Positions 47,554 to 57,860 of a DNA stretch of 64,000 nt are shown piece after piece. The position numbers and the translations under genes are program-made. This DNA comes from Thermoplasmatota archaeon. GTDB lineage: Archaea; Thermoplasmatota; Thermoplasmata; UBA10834. The notes under the pieces were generated by a model that was not told where the DNA came from, ran no database searches, and was given only the letters and a program-made list of their open reading frames with translations. Each line of letters opens with the position of its first letter. The first letter of the stretch is position 1. The stretch lies in the NCBI GenBank assembly GCA_040751795.1, contig JBFMHR010000005.1, positions 74,282 to 138,281 on the forward strand, written 5' to 3'.

Positions 47554-47906
47554 ACACATCCCTCTCTCAAGGCAAAGCGGGGACACAGTTATCAGCGCGA
47601 AAGCGAACTCGCTAATGGCCAATTAGGCAAAAGTGAGAAGGTGATTCCCCGTTCGCATATCCGCGCGAAGGAATGGTCTGCGATTTGAGGAATGCCAGAG
47701 GCTGTGCATGAGAGTCACAGAGGAATTGGGCGAGATACATCGACCTGGGTATGTGCAGTCACTATCTGCCAAGGATCATGTTCCTCTGCCATTGATTCGA
47801 GATTAAGCACGAATGAGCTCATTTCCATCGATATCGCTGTGCTTCTCTCTGCAGCAGCGCGTTAGTATCATTGAAATATCGCCGATGGTAATATGCTGCT
47901 GCGACA

Positions 47907-49166
47907 ATGAAGATTGCCCAGATATCAATGATCAATGGCGCGATAACCGAAGGAAACGTGATGCGAGTTTCGGGACTCTCCCAGGGCCTTCATGACCTCG
48001 GACACTCAGTTCTAGTTGTCTGCAAGTTGAATTCGAAGAGACTGGTCGGTGGTTTTGAGAAGGCCGATGCTCCTCTTCTGAAGTCATTGGTTTGGCTATA
48101 TGGTCCGAGGTCTCCTGTTGAGACTGTGGCGAGCAGGAGTCCGTATGCGAGATTGGCGGCGTATAGACTTCTGTCGCCCTTACCCTATGCCAACATGAGG
48201 GTTACTGACACATGTTCCGTCTTGCACTGTCATCTTCTCGGAGTTGCCTCGCTAATGCTGAGAAAGAGGAGACAGGGGCAGAAGGTATTGCTCGACTTCC
48301 ATGGAATGCTGATGCTTACTGACACATCAGGTACCCCCATAGCTGATACGCGAGGTACCCCTGTGGACTCCCTTGATGATGAATCTCGGTTGAGAGCTCT
48401 CAAATGGCAATCTCAGGTATTCGAAGAAGTGGATGGAGTCTCTTTTGTAACCGCTGCTCTCCGTGATAAGATAACACCGTTGTATGACATCGATCCAGGA
48501 AAGACATATGTCATACCGGATGGAGTGAATTTCCGTCGAATATCTCGGGATTGGCAGAACAGCGATATCCTCAGATTGCGGCAATCATGGGGGAAACCAT
48601 CCGATGTCGTCGTCATGTATGTCGGAGCGCTGGATTCGCTCCATGGGGCATCATATCTCGAGAAGGTTATCCGCGAGTTGTTGGGGAATTCTAGGGTAAG
48701 CACTTCCGTGAGGGTTGTTTTGATTGGCGGAGGTGTTCTCTCGCATTTGTTTGCAGACCTCCAAAGAGGGTTTGGAGATCGATTCGTCCGCATTCGTCGC
48801 GTTTCCTATGAGATGTTGCCCACATATCTAGCAAGTGCTGATATACTCCTTGTGCCCCATGCGAGGAATATGCTAATGGAGAATATCGAATCTGGAAAAC
48901 TTCTCAACTATCTCGCCAGTGGAAAGCCCACGGTGGTGACGTCGCTCGCATCAGTCTCAGATTTCCTGGAGGACAATGTGTCATGCATCATGTGTCATCC
49001 GGATCATCCGTCTACTATGGTATCAGGAATCGAGCGCCTTGTAGATTCTCCTGAACTTAGACAGGCGATAGGCAAGCGGGGAGCTGAAGTCGTGGAGAGA
49101 GGACGTGATTGGTCATTTGTGGCCCAAGGAGCATTGCAGGTCTACCATGATTTGACCAGACCATAG
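47907..49166 (+). CDS. Glycosyltransferase family 4
   Basis: MKIAQIS...GLSQGLHDLGHSV N-terminus and a C-terminal nucleotide-sugar binding half with the GT4 pattern. Confidence 0.7.
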   Translation: MKIAQISMINGAITEGNVMRVSGLSQGLHDLGHSVLVVCKLNSKRLVGGFEKADAPLLKSLVWLYGPRSPVETVASRSPYARLAAYRLLSPLPYANMRVTDTCSVLHCHLLGVASLMLRKRRQGQKVLLDFHGMLMLTDTSGTPIADTRGTPVDSLDDESRLRALKWQSQVFEEVDGVSFVTAALRDKITPLYDIDPGKTYVIPDGVNFRRISRDWQNSDILRLRQSWGKPSDVVVMYVGALDSLHGASYLEKVIRELLGNSRVSTSVRVVLIGGGVLSHLFADLQRGFGDRFVRIRRVSYEMLPTYLASADILLVPHARNMLMENIESGKLLNYLASGKPTVVTSLASVSDFLEDNVSCIMCHPDHPSTMVSGIERLVDSPELRQAIGKRGAEVVERGRDWSFVAQGALQVYHDLTRP

Positions 49167-49337
49167 ATCTCATGCTTCCTGGTAGATTACGGTTCATATA
49201 CGGCGACGAATGGCTAGATGGGCGTCGGCTGCTCTGGAGTTGCCCAAATTCGATGAGTGAAGACGGGTCTCTAGTAATCAATTTCCTACCCATCTTCAAA
49301 TGAACAGATTCGTCTAAATACATGCATGTGATACTGA

Positions 49338-51098
49338 GTGCCTGCCTTTGCCGCAGTGCCATCAGTTTGGGTTACTATGGTGACTCTATCTAAGAAGACC
49401 GTGTTTCTTGCCCTTCTCGCACTTGTTGTTCTCTCATTAGCACTTCGTTATCCCCTTTTGGACCATGAGCGACAGCAATCAGACTCCTATTTCATACATG
49501 GTCTAGCGAACCTGATTGCCGTCAACGGCAGGGCAGAATGGACGATACACCCCCTCTCCTACTTCGGCTATTATCCGTTGTCATACCCTTCAGGAGCCCC
49601 GTTTCTGCTATCCGAATCCGCGATGATGGCTGGAATCCCTTTGGAGGCAGCGGTATTGATGATGGGCATGATTCTAGGCATTGTGCAATGCCTAGCATCG
49701 TTCTGCTTTCTGCGACTATTCATCGTGCGCCCTGAGTTTGTATTGCTCGGCACTTTCCTGTGCGTGGTCTCTTCTAGGTTAGTAGATGTGACCTATTGGA
49801 CGGCTACTGCACGAGGTCCATTCGCTGTCCTCATGCTGGTCACAATTGCCTTCTTAATTGAAGCAGGTAGGAGGGCAGATTTCAGATTGATGTCTGTGGG
49901 TTCATTGTTAGTGATATCCTGCGTGTCCTTGCACCACATGGCCATATTCCTCGTCTTATTCGCACTGGCACAGATAGTGGTTTCCCTAGGATATGAGCAC
50001 TTCAGCCATTATGGATACAAAGGCCGACTGTCTTTGCCCATGTACTATGGGATGATTGCTGGCGCAGTCATTCTCACCGGCTTCGGAATCTGGACCTATC
50101 TCGGGTCGAGAGCTATTAGCAGTCTCGGAAGCACGACGTGGTTCGACTTCACGCCTCGGTTTCTTTCGGTCATGGTCAACGCGCTGGCTGTCTACTCTAG
50201 CCAGATAGGGTTTATAGTCCCTCTTGCCTTCCTCGGGATCCCGTATTTGCTGCGTAAGCGCCAGGGGGATCTGAGGATGATGTTCCTACTCGCAGTTCTC
50301 ATCTTCTTCATTCCCTTCATCGGGTACCAGCTGTATGTAGCGATAATAATCGCTCCCTACCTCATTGCACTCGGCATCATCTGGCTCTATTCGTTCAGTC
50401 GTCAGAACAGATGGAGAAACCTGGCCGTTCCCCTGATTGTGATACTAGTCGCCTCCTCTCTTGTGCTCCCCCCATTGATGATTGACCGATGGAACGAGAA
50501 GGAATACGTAGAAGGGGACAAGGTCGTTGTGGACCCCGATGTGTTCAATATTGCGACCTACTGCGAGGTGAATTATGGATCTGATCCATCAATATCGAAC
50601 GCAGCAATCATGAAGGGATTGATAGGGACGATTGCCGGAGTCCCATTTTCAGGTCCAGGGCTATCGTCGCTGCTGAATGGCGACATCACACCGGAAGAGG
50701 TACGCTCTAGAATTGAACCCACGAGCGGATTTACCCCCGACTCTATGTATATATGGTTCAGGTATGAGGAGAGTCTCTTCGTTGGCTACTTCGAGGTGGG
50801 GTTGATGACGCAAGGGATTGAAGCCTTCTATAGCGCGAGTTATCTTCTGGATTTCGAGTCCCGCGAGTATCTCGTGAATCACTCTCGTCTGGTCGTGTAT
50901 GTTGACAACAACTGGCCTAGTAGCTACTCAACGATCTATGCGGATAGGCCCGCTGTCTTCCTGTCGGAACTCCAGAAGTCGCAGAGCGAGTCAGAATACT
51001 CCGTTGGATTCGGATCCATGGGCTTTGCGTCGTATATGACCTACGCAACCCATCGGTCATCAGTCTATATTGTGCAGTTGCCTCCTGCCTCCTGGTGA
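49338..51098 (+). CDS. Polytopic membrane protein (about 12 TM plus C-terminal soluble domain) with acidic first loop; candidate GT-C-like glycosyltransferase or glycan polymerase; paralog of 55521..57311
   Basis: The first extracytoplasmic loop carries LLDHERQQSDSYF and PLSYPSGAPF. These are shared with the second protein (FNNDGMTESRIAEDI; GLSYPSDAFY). No WWDYG (AglB/STT3) motif. Confidence 0.45.
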   Translation: MPAFAAVPSVWVTMVTLSKKTVFLALLALVVLSLALRYPLLDHERQQSDSYFIHGLANLIAVNGRAEWTIHPLSYFGYYPLSYPSGAPFLLSESAMMAGIPLEAAVLMMGMILGIVQCLASFCFLRLFIVRPEFVLLGTFLCVVSSRLVDVTYWTATARGPFAVLMLVTIAFLIEAGRRADFRLMSVGSLLVISCVSLHHMAIFLVLFALAQIVVSLGYEHFSHYGYKGRLSLPMYYGMIAGAVILTGFGIWTYLGSRAISSLGSTTWFDFTPRFLSVMVNALAVYSSQIGFIVPLAFLGIPYLLRKRQGDLRMMFLLAVLIFFIPFIGYQLYVAIIIAPYLIALGIIWLYSFSRQNRWRNLAVPLIVILVASSLVLPPLMIDRWNEKEYVEGDKVVVDPDVFNIATYCEVNYGSDPSISNAAIMKGLIGTIAGVPFSGPGLSSLLNGDITPEEVRSRIEPTSGFTPDSMYIWFRYEESLFVGYFEVGLMTQGIEAFYSASYLLDFESREYLVNHSRLVVYVDNNWPSSYSTIYADRPAVFLSELQKSQSESEYSVGFGSMGFASYMTYATHRSSVYIVQLPPASW

Positions 51099-51248
51099 CC
51101 GCACCCTCCTGAGCGGCGCAATTCTGTCCAACGACTCACAGGCCTATGCTATGACGGGAGAAGCATCTCTGATGTCCTTCTGTGAGAGGATATTCGCGAG
51201 CAGCAGGAACACTGCTACAGAGATTGCGCACCTCATCTTCGTTAGTCC

Positions 51249-52535
51249 TCATTGAATGCGTAATCGTTCGTAGAGCGTTATTGCGAACCAGAGTCTCCTT
51301 CTAGATGACACCCACATTCTAAAGCGGAGCATCCTAGCGGATAGACGATCGGCAGCACCGACGTCCGGAAGAGGGCGATGGTACTCTGGAACGGTCCTTC
51401 CCTTTCTTGCCAGGTAGCGAATCATGGCTGCTCTGCGCCTCTGCAAGTAGTCGATAGATTGTGATTCTTGGACATCCTCTTTGCTCGCTATTCTGATATC
51501 GACCATGCCAGATTGCGCCGCCCTCTCGATGAGCGATATTGCCGAGCCTGTCCTAGCTATGACCAGAGACGTCCCAGACCTATCACCAGAAAAACGGGGG
51601 AGCCATGCATCCATGAATGAAGCATCTGAGAGTTCTGCGGTCTTGTCAATGCATAATGTGCACCGTGGTGGAAAGAAGAACTTGTGAAAGATAAGTCCCC
51701 AGTATGATTTCGAGCCAAAAGGTATGGTCCTCCGGCTCCCATCGCGCAGTTGCAGGGAGAGGACCCCCGGCCACCCTCCTCCACGGTAGGAAATCTCGGC
51801 AACCATCTCCTTCGAAATCCCATTTCGTCTCAGAAGATATTCTGTGGCATGATGCGAGGGCGTGTGGTTGCATACGAGGCCGAAGATTAGGACAATCCGT
51901 TCCTTCAATTCTGGATAGACCTCCATAGCCTTGCATATTCCGTGAATGTGGCAAGGGAGACCAATTACTGCGTATCTGCCTGGATTGGCGAGCAGCTCTC
52001 GCAGTGCGGTGTTGGCTGACACCGGGCAGTATTTCGACCCCGCGGAAGAGAGTATATCCTCGCGAGTCCGAGCTAGAAATGTCGCAGGTTCAAGCGGAGA
52101 TGACTGATTCATCCCTGTGACTAGAGCTGCGTCGATGATTCCCGCATCTAATGCAAACACTAGAAGTGAAGTAGCAAGCCCACCAGATGATGATGATACT
52201 CGGATACCGATGTCTGCAGCATTGCCGGCGAACACCTCCTTGATACAGCCTGCATTGGAATCATCAGGTCGTTTCCCGAAGCGGGCAATATTCAGTCCAT
52301 CGAGATCGACAGAGTGCCCAGGACATGTTCTCAGGCACTTCCTGCAACTGACGCATATGCCATCTCTTACTGATGGGGTTTGTATGCCTAAGCGGTCATC
52401 AGTGCAAATTGCGATGGCACGAGTCTCACAGATTGATACGCATGTTCCACAGCCTGTGCAGAGTCCATGTTCGACCACGGACGAGATATTCCGCCATTGC
52501 GACACCGTTTCCACTTGAGTGTCACCGGCATACAA
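51249..52535 (-). CDS. Coenzyme F420 hydrogenase/dehydrogenase beta-subunit-like (FrhB/FdhB family) protein with N-terminal 2x[4Fe-4S] ferredoxin domain
   Basis: CTGCGTCVSICE and CVSCRKCLRTCP cluster motifs, then an FrhB-like flavin-binding body. Adjacent to a pyruvyl transferase, as in many bacterial polysaccharide loci. Confidence 0.65.
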   Translation of the reverse strand: MYAGDTQVETVSQWRNISSVVEHGLCTGCGTCVSICETRAIAICTDDRLGIQTPSVRDGICVSCRKCLRTCPGHSVDLDGLNIARFGKRPDDSNAGCIKEVFAGNAADIGIRVSSSSGGLATSLLVFALDAGIIDAALVTGMNQSSPLEPATFLARTREDILSSAGSKYCPVSANTALRELLANPGRYAVIGLPCHIHGICKAMEVYPELKERIVLIFGLVCNHTPSHHATEYLLRRNGISKEMVAEISYRGGGWPGVLSLQLRDGSRRTIPFGSKSYWGLIFHKFFFPPRCTLCIDKTAELSDASFMDAWLPRFSGDRSGTSLVIARTGSAISLIERAAQSGMVDIRIASKEDVQESQSIDYLQRRRAAMIRYLARKGRTVPEYHRPLPDVGAADRLSARMLRFRMWVSSRRRLWFAITLYERLRIQ

Positions 52536-52873
52536 TATCGCACTGGCTATTCAAACTCTCCGCCACTTGAGCCGCAGCGATAGGTCTGCTCATCGAGCTT
52601 GGATATGTTTGAAGACACAGATCACGAGCGGGAGAACTCAGGGAGTCTGCAATTGTCATTGGGTGTGCCCACCCCGCAACGTCAACCCCGCAGATTCGTT
52701 GTCTTCCCTGAGGCAGTTGTCGTAGGGCATTACGGTGAACCCCATCCCGCATGGTGGCTGCCGATTGACCATTGGCGCAATCTTGGCTGAGTGCCTATGG
52801 CAAGACCTGCATCAAACCATCAACAGAAGTCCGTTCGCAGTTGATGGAGCAGATACCTCAATCCTTCCTGTCC

Positions 52874-54145
52874 TCACATGTTCTTCTGCACGACGCGCTC
52901 TGAGATCAATTCTGCCGTTCTCCTTGCCAACGCCTGGATCTCCGGGATCCTATCCAGGAGTGTTCGTCTGATCTGCGTTCGTCTTTCCCATGCGTCTTCG
53001 ACTGTTTCCAGCAATCGCTCAGGGGGGTCATCCCAATTACGAACATACTGGTCCTGGCCTGCCATTGACATTATTCCCGGCGTCTTGTTGCTGTATGAGA
53101 TTGCCACCGTGGGGACATGCATCGTGAGTGCAGCAATGTTGGCGTGCATACGAGCACCGATGAAGAGGGTGCATAGTCCGATGATTCCTCGTATCACTTC
53201 TGGCTGATATGCACCTTCTATCACGAACACTCTTTCGCGATATTTGGATTTCTTTGCAGCGGCAACAGCGATGTCCCGATCATTCGGGTTCAGATTTGGG
53301 TCAGTGACATGAGGTATGAAGACAACATCAACATCGTGTTCCTCAATCATGTGATCTGCAAGCTCTGCGAGATTAAGCAGGTACTCCCCAGCTGCCACCC
53401 CTTCTCTTGAGCGAGAGAACCTGAAAAGGAGCTCGCTCGGTGCTATTCCGACAAGCGGGCGTCCGTTGTCCACCGGAATTCGCTCCATCTTCAGGGTTTC
53501 CCTGGCTTCGTTCTCCGAAATCGCCCCCAGGAGGAATGCGCCATCTGCAGTCATAAGCACTTCCTGTTTCACTCCAATCTGAATCAGATAGTTTCTGCTA
53601 ATCTCCTCTCGGACAATCAGCAAGTCCACTCTATCAAGAAAGAATCGTGCGATTCTCCTGGCGATTCCATTGCGGAAGGGACCGATTGACTGGGAGTGAA
53701 TGACTACCGGGACTCTTAGGATAATGCACCAGAAGAACGGGAGCCATGACCTGACGGAACGTACGACTCCAAAATCATCGGTTAGCCCGTCACCCGACAG
53801 ATTCACGACAACGTCTGATCTCTTGTATTCGCTCTTCCTCGTCTCTCCGCCAACTAGCTCAATCCTCAGACATCTCTCGAGGACTATCAGAATGGTTTCT
53901 GCGAATATCCTGATGTTGGATACATCATGAGGAATCCTGATGGCTAGTGCGGTCTCGAAGCGTCTGTCTCTTTCGGGACTATAGGAGATGAACGTGATCG
54001 CAGGGTTCTCGAATACTCTCCTAATCTCCATGATCGCGGACAGAACTATGGATGCCGTCCCTCGATTCCTCGAGAGTTCTGCCCCGACTAGCAAGAATCT
54101 CAGGCCAGTCATTGCTATTATCAGACTGGAGTGAATTGACTGCAC
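52874..54145 (-). CDS. Polysaccharide pyruvyl transferase (CsaB/WcaK family)
   Basis: 423 aa with the VVNLSGDGLTDDFG block and overall PS_pyruv_trans layout. Confidence 0.7.
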   Translation of the reverse strand: MQSIHSSLIIAMTGLRFLLVGAELSRNRGTASIVLSAIMEIRRVFENPAITFISYSPERDRRFETALAIRIPHDVSNIRIFAETILIVLERCLRIELVGGETRKSEYKRSDVVVNLSGDGLTDDFGVVRSVRSWLPFFWCIILRVPVVIHSQSIGPFRNGIARRIARFFLDRVDLLIVREEISRNYLIQIGVKQEVLMTADGAFLLGAISENEARETLKMERIPVDNGRPLVGIAPSELLFRFSRSREGVAAGEYLLNLAELADHMIEEHDVDVVFIPHVTDPNLNPNDRDIAVAAAKKSKYRERVFVIEGAYQPEVIRGIIGLCTLFIGARMHANIAALTMHVPTVAISYSNKTPGIMSMAGQDQYVRNWDDPPERLLETVEDAWERRTQIRRTLLDRIPEIQALARRTAELISERVVQKNM

Positions 54146-54534
54146 ATAAGCTTAACTGGACGCAATGCACCATCTCTGGATCTCATGCCGATTTGACTGG
54201 CCATAACCTTGTTAATCATGGGCGTGCTCGATTGGGATGGTCCCCGCTATGCATGTTTGATGCTCCTGCTCAAGTCACAGATACTAAACTCGCCGCTCAG
54301 AAGTGGATTGATGAGAACCCTGCCCAATCTGCACCTTCTTGTCTCTGCCCCGCGGTGAGCACATGGATTCAACGCCAGGTTTCATCCTTACCTGTCAATC
54401 CTGACACTCAGCGGTGCTTCATCCCCGATGTTACCGAGAACCCCAGGCAAATCCGATTCGGAGGCGCCTAGCACCATGGCGTGATCGCATCGCTTCATGA
54501 TAGGGGTCTGAAAACATAATTATACTTCAGCTTC

Positions 54535-55503
54535 ATGACGGAGAAGGTATCGATGGTCAACGTCCTAGCATTCATCGGGTCATTTGCGGTTGCCTTCTTG
54601 GTGACATTCATCATCATTCCTTGGTTGATACCCCAGTTGAAAGCTAGGGGAATTGTCGGGAAGGATCTGAACAAGCCTAGCCAACCAGAGATTGCTGAGA
54701 TGGGCGGAATTGCGGTCGTGATTGGCTTCTTTGCAGGAGTGAGCATACTCCTTGCCATGGATGATGTGACCAACAAGGAGGTCTTCAATGTCTCCCTCTC
54801 AGTCCTCATGGGGTCTGCATTCATCGGCATGATAGACGATCTATTTGAGTTGAGACAGAGGCAGAAAGCCCTTTTCCCTTTTCTGCTGGCTTTGCCATTT
54901 GGTGCATCTCTCAATCCCGTGGTAAGCCTCCCTTTCATTGGAGAGGTGCACTTCGGAATCGCTATGATTATCGCTGCACCATTTGCCATCACATGTGCAG
55001 CGAACGCAGGCAACATGCTCGAAGGGTTCAACGGTCTAGGCACAGGACTTGGAATCATCATGTCTTCCACGCTGATTCTGCTAGCCTTTGAACATGATAG
55101 ACTTGACGGGCTCTATCTACTCATCCCCTTGCTGGGAACCCTGCTCGCCTTTCTATGGTTCAATAAGTATCCGTCGCGAATATTCCCAGGCGACACCCTC
55201 ATGCTGTTCATCGGCACGACTCTAGCCGTCTCTGGAATGCTCTCTGGCTTACATTTCCAGACCGGTTTCATCTTCATGCCCATGATAATCGAGTTCTTTC
55301 TGAAATGGCGTGGGCGTTTCAAGGCTGAGAACTATGCATCTGGACTGAAGGGTGGTTATCTGGAATATCACGGCAGGATTGAATCCATCACACACTTATT
55401 CATGAAGCATGCTAGGGTTACCGAAAGATCTTTGACAATCGCCATCTGGGCTATCGAGGCGGTCTTCTGCGCCTTGGTGGTTGTCGGGGATTCGGTCATC
55501 TGA
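54535..55503 (+). CDS. Polyprenyl(dolichyl)-phosphate GlcNAc/HexNAc-1-phosphate transferase (MraY/WecA/AglH family, initiating phosphoglycosyltransferase)
   Basis: 10-11 TM helices. DDxxD (GMIDDLFEL), NAGNMLEGFNGLGTGLG (N..N..DG.DGL-type motif) and PGDTLMLFIG. Confidence 0.75.
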   Translation: MTEKVSMVNVLAFIGSFAVAFLVTFIIIPWLIPQLKARGIVGKDLNKPSQPEIAEMGGIAVVIGFFAGVSILLAMDDVTNKEVFNVSLSVLMGSAFIGMIDDLFELRQRQKALFPFLLALPFGASLNPVVSLPFIGEVHFGIAMIIAAPFAITCAANAGNMLEGFNGLGTGLGIIMSSTLILLAFEHDRLDGLYLLIPLLGTLLAFLWFNKYPSRIFPGDTLMLFIGTTLAVSGMLSGLHFQTGFIFMPMIIEFFLKWRGRFKAENYASGLKGGYLEYHGRIESITHLFMKHARVTERSLTIAIWAIEAVFCALVVVGDSVI

Positions 55504-55520
55504 GCAGATTGCAGGAATTC

Positions 55521-57311
55521 TCAAGATTGAAAGGCAATAATCCTATTGTCGGAGGGTCCTCCGATATACACAACATTCGAATCATCTAGAACGGTATCCA
55601 CCTCATTGCTGTCGAGAAATATCCGTCCTTGAGGGTAGTTGTTCACACCTAGAGCGCTCCATTCATCAAGCAGCAAGTTGATGCTTTCGGGGCTCAGCTG
55701 TTCAGATTCAGCGAGCCGACGCGGCAGACTGGGATCCTGCGCGTAATCATACAGAGCGCGCGCAATATAGGAGATACGCTCGTCAGACCGAATATTCATA
55801 TCAAGGCCGCAAGTATCATGTGCCCATGTGATGGCATCGAATTCGTACAATTCTGTATCATGCCTGACTCCCGTGAGCGTATCAGTTGCGTAACTGAATG
55901 GAAATGACACTATCAGCACCGCAGAGAGGATGATGACAAGTGCCTTTCTCATTCGTGGTCTTCGATATACAGCTGCACACGCAGCGCCAACACCTAATGC
56001 CAACGGTATCTCAGAGAAGTCATATGTGCGGTAGATGAGCGCATGCCCCATCTGCGCCGAATCCTCTAGAATTGCCAGAAGAAGGAACATGAAGATGGGC
56101 AGCAGGAATCCAAGCGGGACAGACCTGTATCTTGAGTGTGACTCAATTAGGTACTCCATTCCGTACCAGCCAACACCAACGACTATCGCCATACAGAATG
56201 CTAGGATCATCACGTAGTGCGGGGCAGCTTGTTCGTATTCGAACATGGGGTTAATGTAATCAATGATGAAGAGGGAGAACACAAGCGTCGCCGGGATGGG
56301 GGCGAAGGACACGCGGTATCTCGATTCCTTATTCAGGTAAAGGTAAGTTATTGCGACTATGACCGCAAGAGAGCCGCCAATCATTGCGATCTCCTGAACG
56401 CTATCGGCGTAGGCTAGACGGTTCAATGAGTTCATGGAGTAGTAGGCATAGGTGACAAGTGTCGTGGCAATCATTGCCACCAGATCACGCACATGACGGG
56501 TTCTCAGTACCTGCGCCTTGGCAGCAAAGGCAAGGGAGACCAGAGTCAGATACCATAGCGCCAAGTATACGATTGCCGCAATGAGGTGGTGGACAATTGG
56601 GAGGACGAGTAGAATAGTCATGCTGAGCAGGAACATCCTGATATCGCTACGGCTGATGTATAGATAGATTATGAATGCGATGAGGGCTACGCCGAGCGAC
56701 TCCTTCCAGGCTGACCCGGATAGAAACACGAACGAGCCAAACAAGCCGAGTACAAAGGATGATAACATTGCAGCAATGGCGTTCGAAGAGACTTTGAGTG
56801 CAACTGCATAGATTCCCACAACGGTAAGCACTGAAAATGCCGCAACCAGAAACTGGGCCACCCAGAATGGCGAAGTCCCTAACATTAGTGCTGCAAATGC
56901 CAGAATAAGGTTGAATGCAGGTGTTATCACGCTGTGAGAATCTGCGTAGAATGCATCAGAGGGATATGAGAGGCCGCCGCTCGAAATGATGTCCTCGGCA
57001 ATCCGACTCTCAGTCATGCCATCATTATTGAAGGGGAATGGAGAAATTGCGAGTGGCACCAATCGAGTAGATAGGGCCATGAACACCAGCGACAGTATAA
57101 TGGCACGCCGCATTCCTCCAAATCCTCTTATGGACTTCCCGATGCTAAGGATTCTCGCAATGAGTGGTTGTCTCGAGTTGTTCTGATGCACAGTTGGAGA
57201 TTCATGTTCCGCTTCATTAAAGGGCTGTCCTTCCTGCCTGATAGGATTTAAGGAAGTGCGGTTGGCCACCTTTGGGTCTGAGTCCAATCCGGGGGATTTC
57301 ATGATATGCAT
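55521..57311 (-). CDS. Polytopic membrane protein (about 13 TM plus C-terminal soluble domain), paralog of 49338..51098; candidate GT-C-like glycosyltransferase
   Basis: Shares first-loop motifs with its paralog (FNNDGMTESRIAEDI, GLSYPSDAFY). Possible alternative start at 57113 (MRRAIILSLVF). Confidence 0.45.
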   Translation of the reverse strand: MHIMKSPGLDSDPKVANRTSLNPIRQEGQPFNEAEHESPTVHQNNSRQPLIARILSIGKSIRGFGGMRRAIILSLVFMALSTRLVPLAISPFPFNNDGMTESRIAEDIISSGGLSYPSDAFYADSHSVITPAFNLILAFAALMLGTSPFWVAQFLVAAFSVLTVVGIYAVALKVSSNAIAAMLSSFVLGLFGSFVFLSGSAWKESLGVALIAFIIYLYISRSDIRMFLLSMTILLVLPIVHHLIAAIVYLALWYLTLVSLAFAAKAQVLRTRHVRDLVAMIATTLVTYAYYSMNSLNRLAYADSVQEIAMIGGSLAVIVAITYLYLNKESRYRVSFAPIPATLVFSLFIIDYINPMFEYEQAAPHYVMILAFCMAIVVGVGWYGMEYLIESHSRYRSVPLGFLLPIFMFLLLAILEDSAQMGHALIYRTYDFSEIPLALGVGAACAAVYRRPRMRKALVIILSAVLIVSFPFSYATDTLTGVRHDTELYEFDAITWAHDTCGLDMNIRSDERISYIARALYDYAQDPSLPRRLAESEQLSPESINLLLDEWSALGVNNYPQGRIFLDSNEVDTVLDDSNVVYIGGPSDNRIIAFQS

Positions 57312-57860
57312 GTCATTTCGACCTCGAAATGTCTATCTACGCGGGACTCAATAGTCAGATTTCCAATATCGAACTCCACACAATGCATCTCATCCGGCCT
57401 CATCCGATGTCGCATCTGGAAATCTCTACCTGGTCTTATCGCATCGTCTGGCTGCTGCAGCTCTTTGGTTCATGATATCCCATACAATGCTATGTCTCGG
57501 TTTGCACCGCATGCGGTTTGGATTACTCATGCATCACCGATGTTGAATCGCCAGATGAACGAAGCCGTTCTATATATTCGTTGGCTGCACATTGCGGTGG
57601 GGAGAGGCATGAAGACTACTGAGCCACTCGCCATGGATCCGGATGGCTGTCCAGCTGCGGCTCGAGTACTATGTGAGGTTTCAACGACTGCAAGTGCCAG
57701 AACCTGCCACGCGGTCTGCTGTGGTATGCTAGACAAGACAATGCCCCTCACCTGCCACCTAGAGATACCAAGATATATTGGGATACCCACTCATGCCAAT
57801 CAGATCGGCCATCATGTCATCTCAATTGGCGCAATGGCCGATACTCATGAGTGATGACCA

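Noticed and set aside
54052-54471. 139-aa ORF in the divergent intergenic region between pyruvyl transferase and AglH-like genes
   Set aside because: It overlaps the 5' end of the pyruvyl-transferase gene in antisense and has no motifs. More likely this is promoter-containing spacer.
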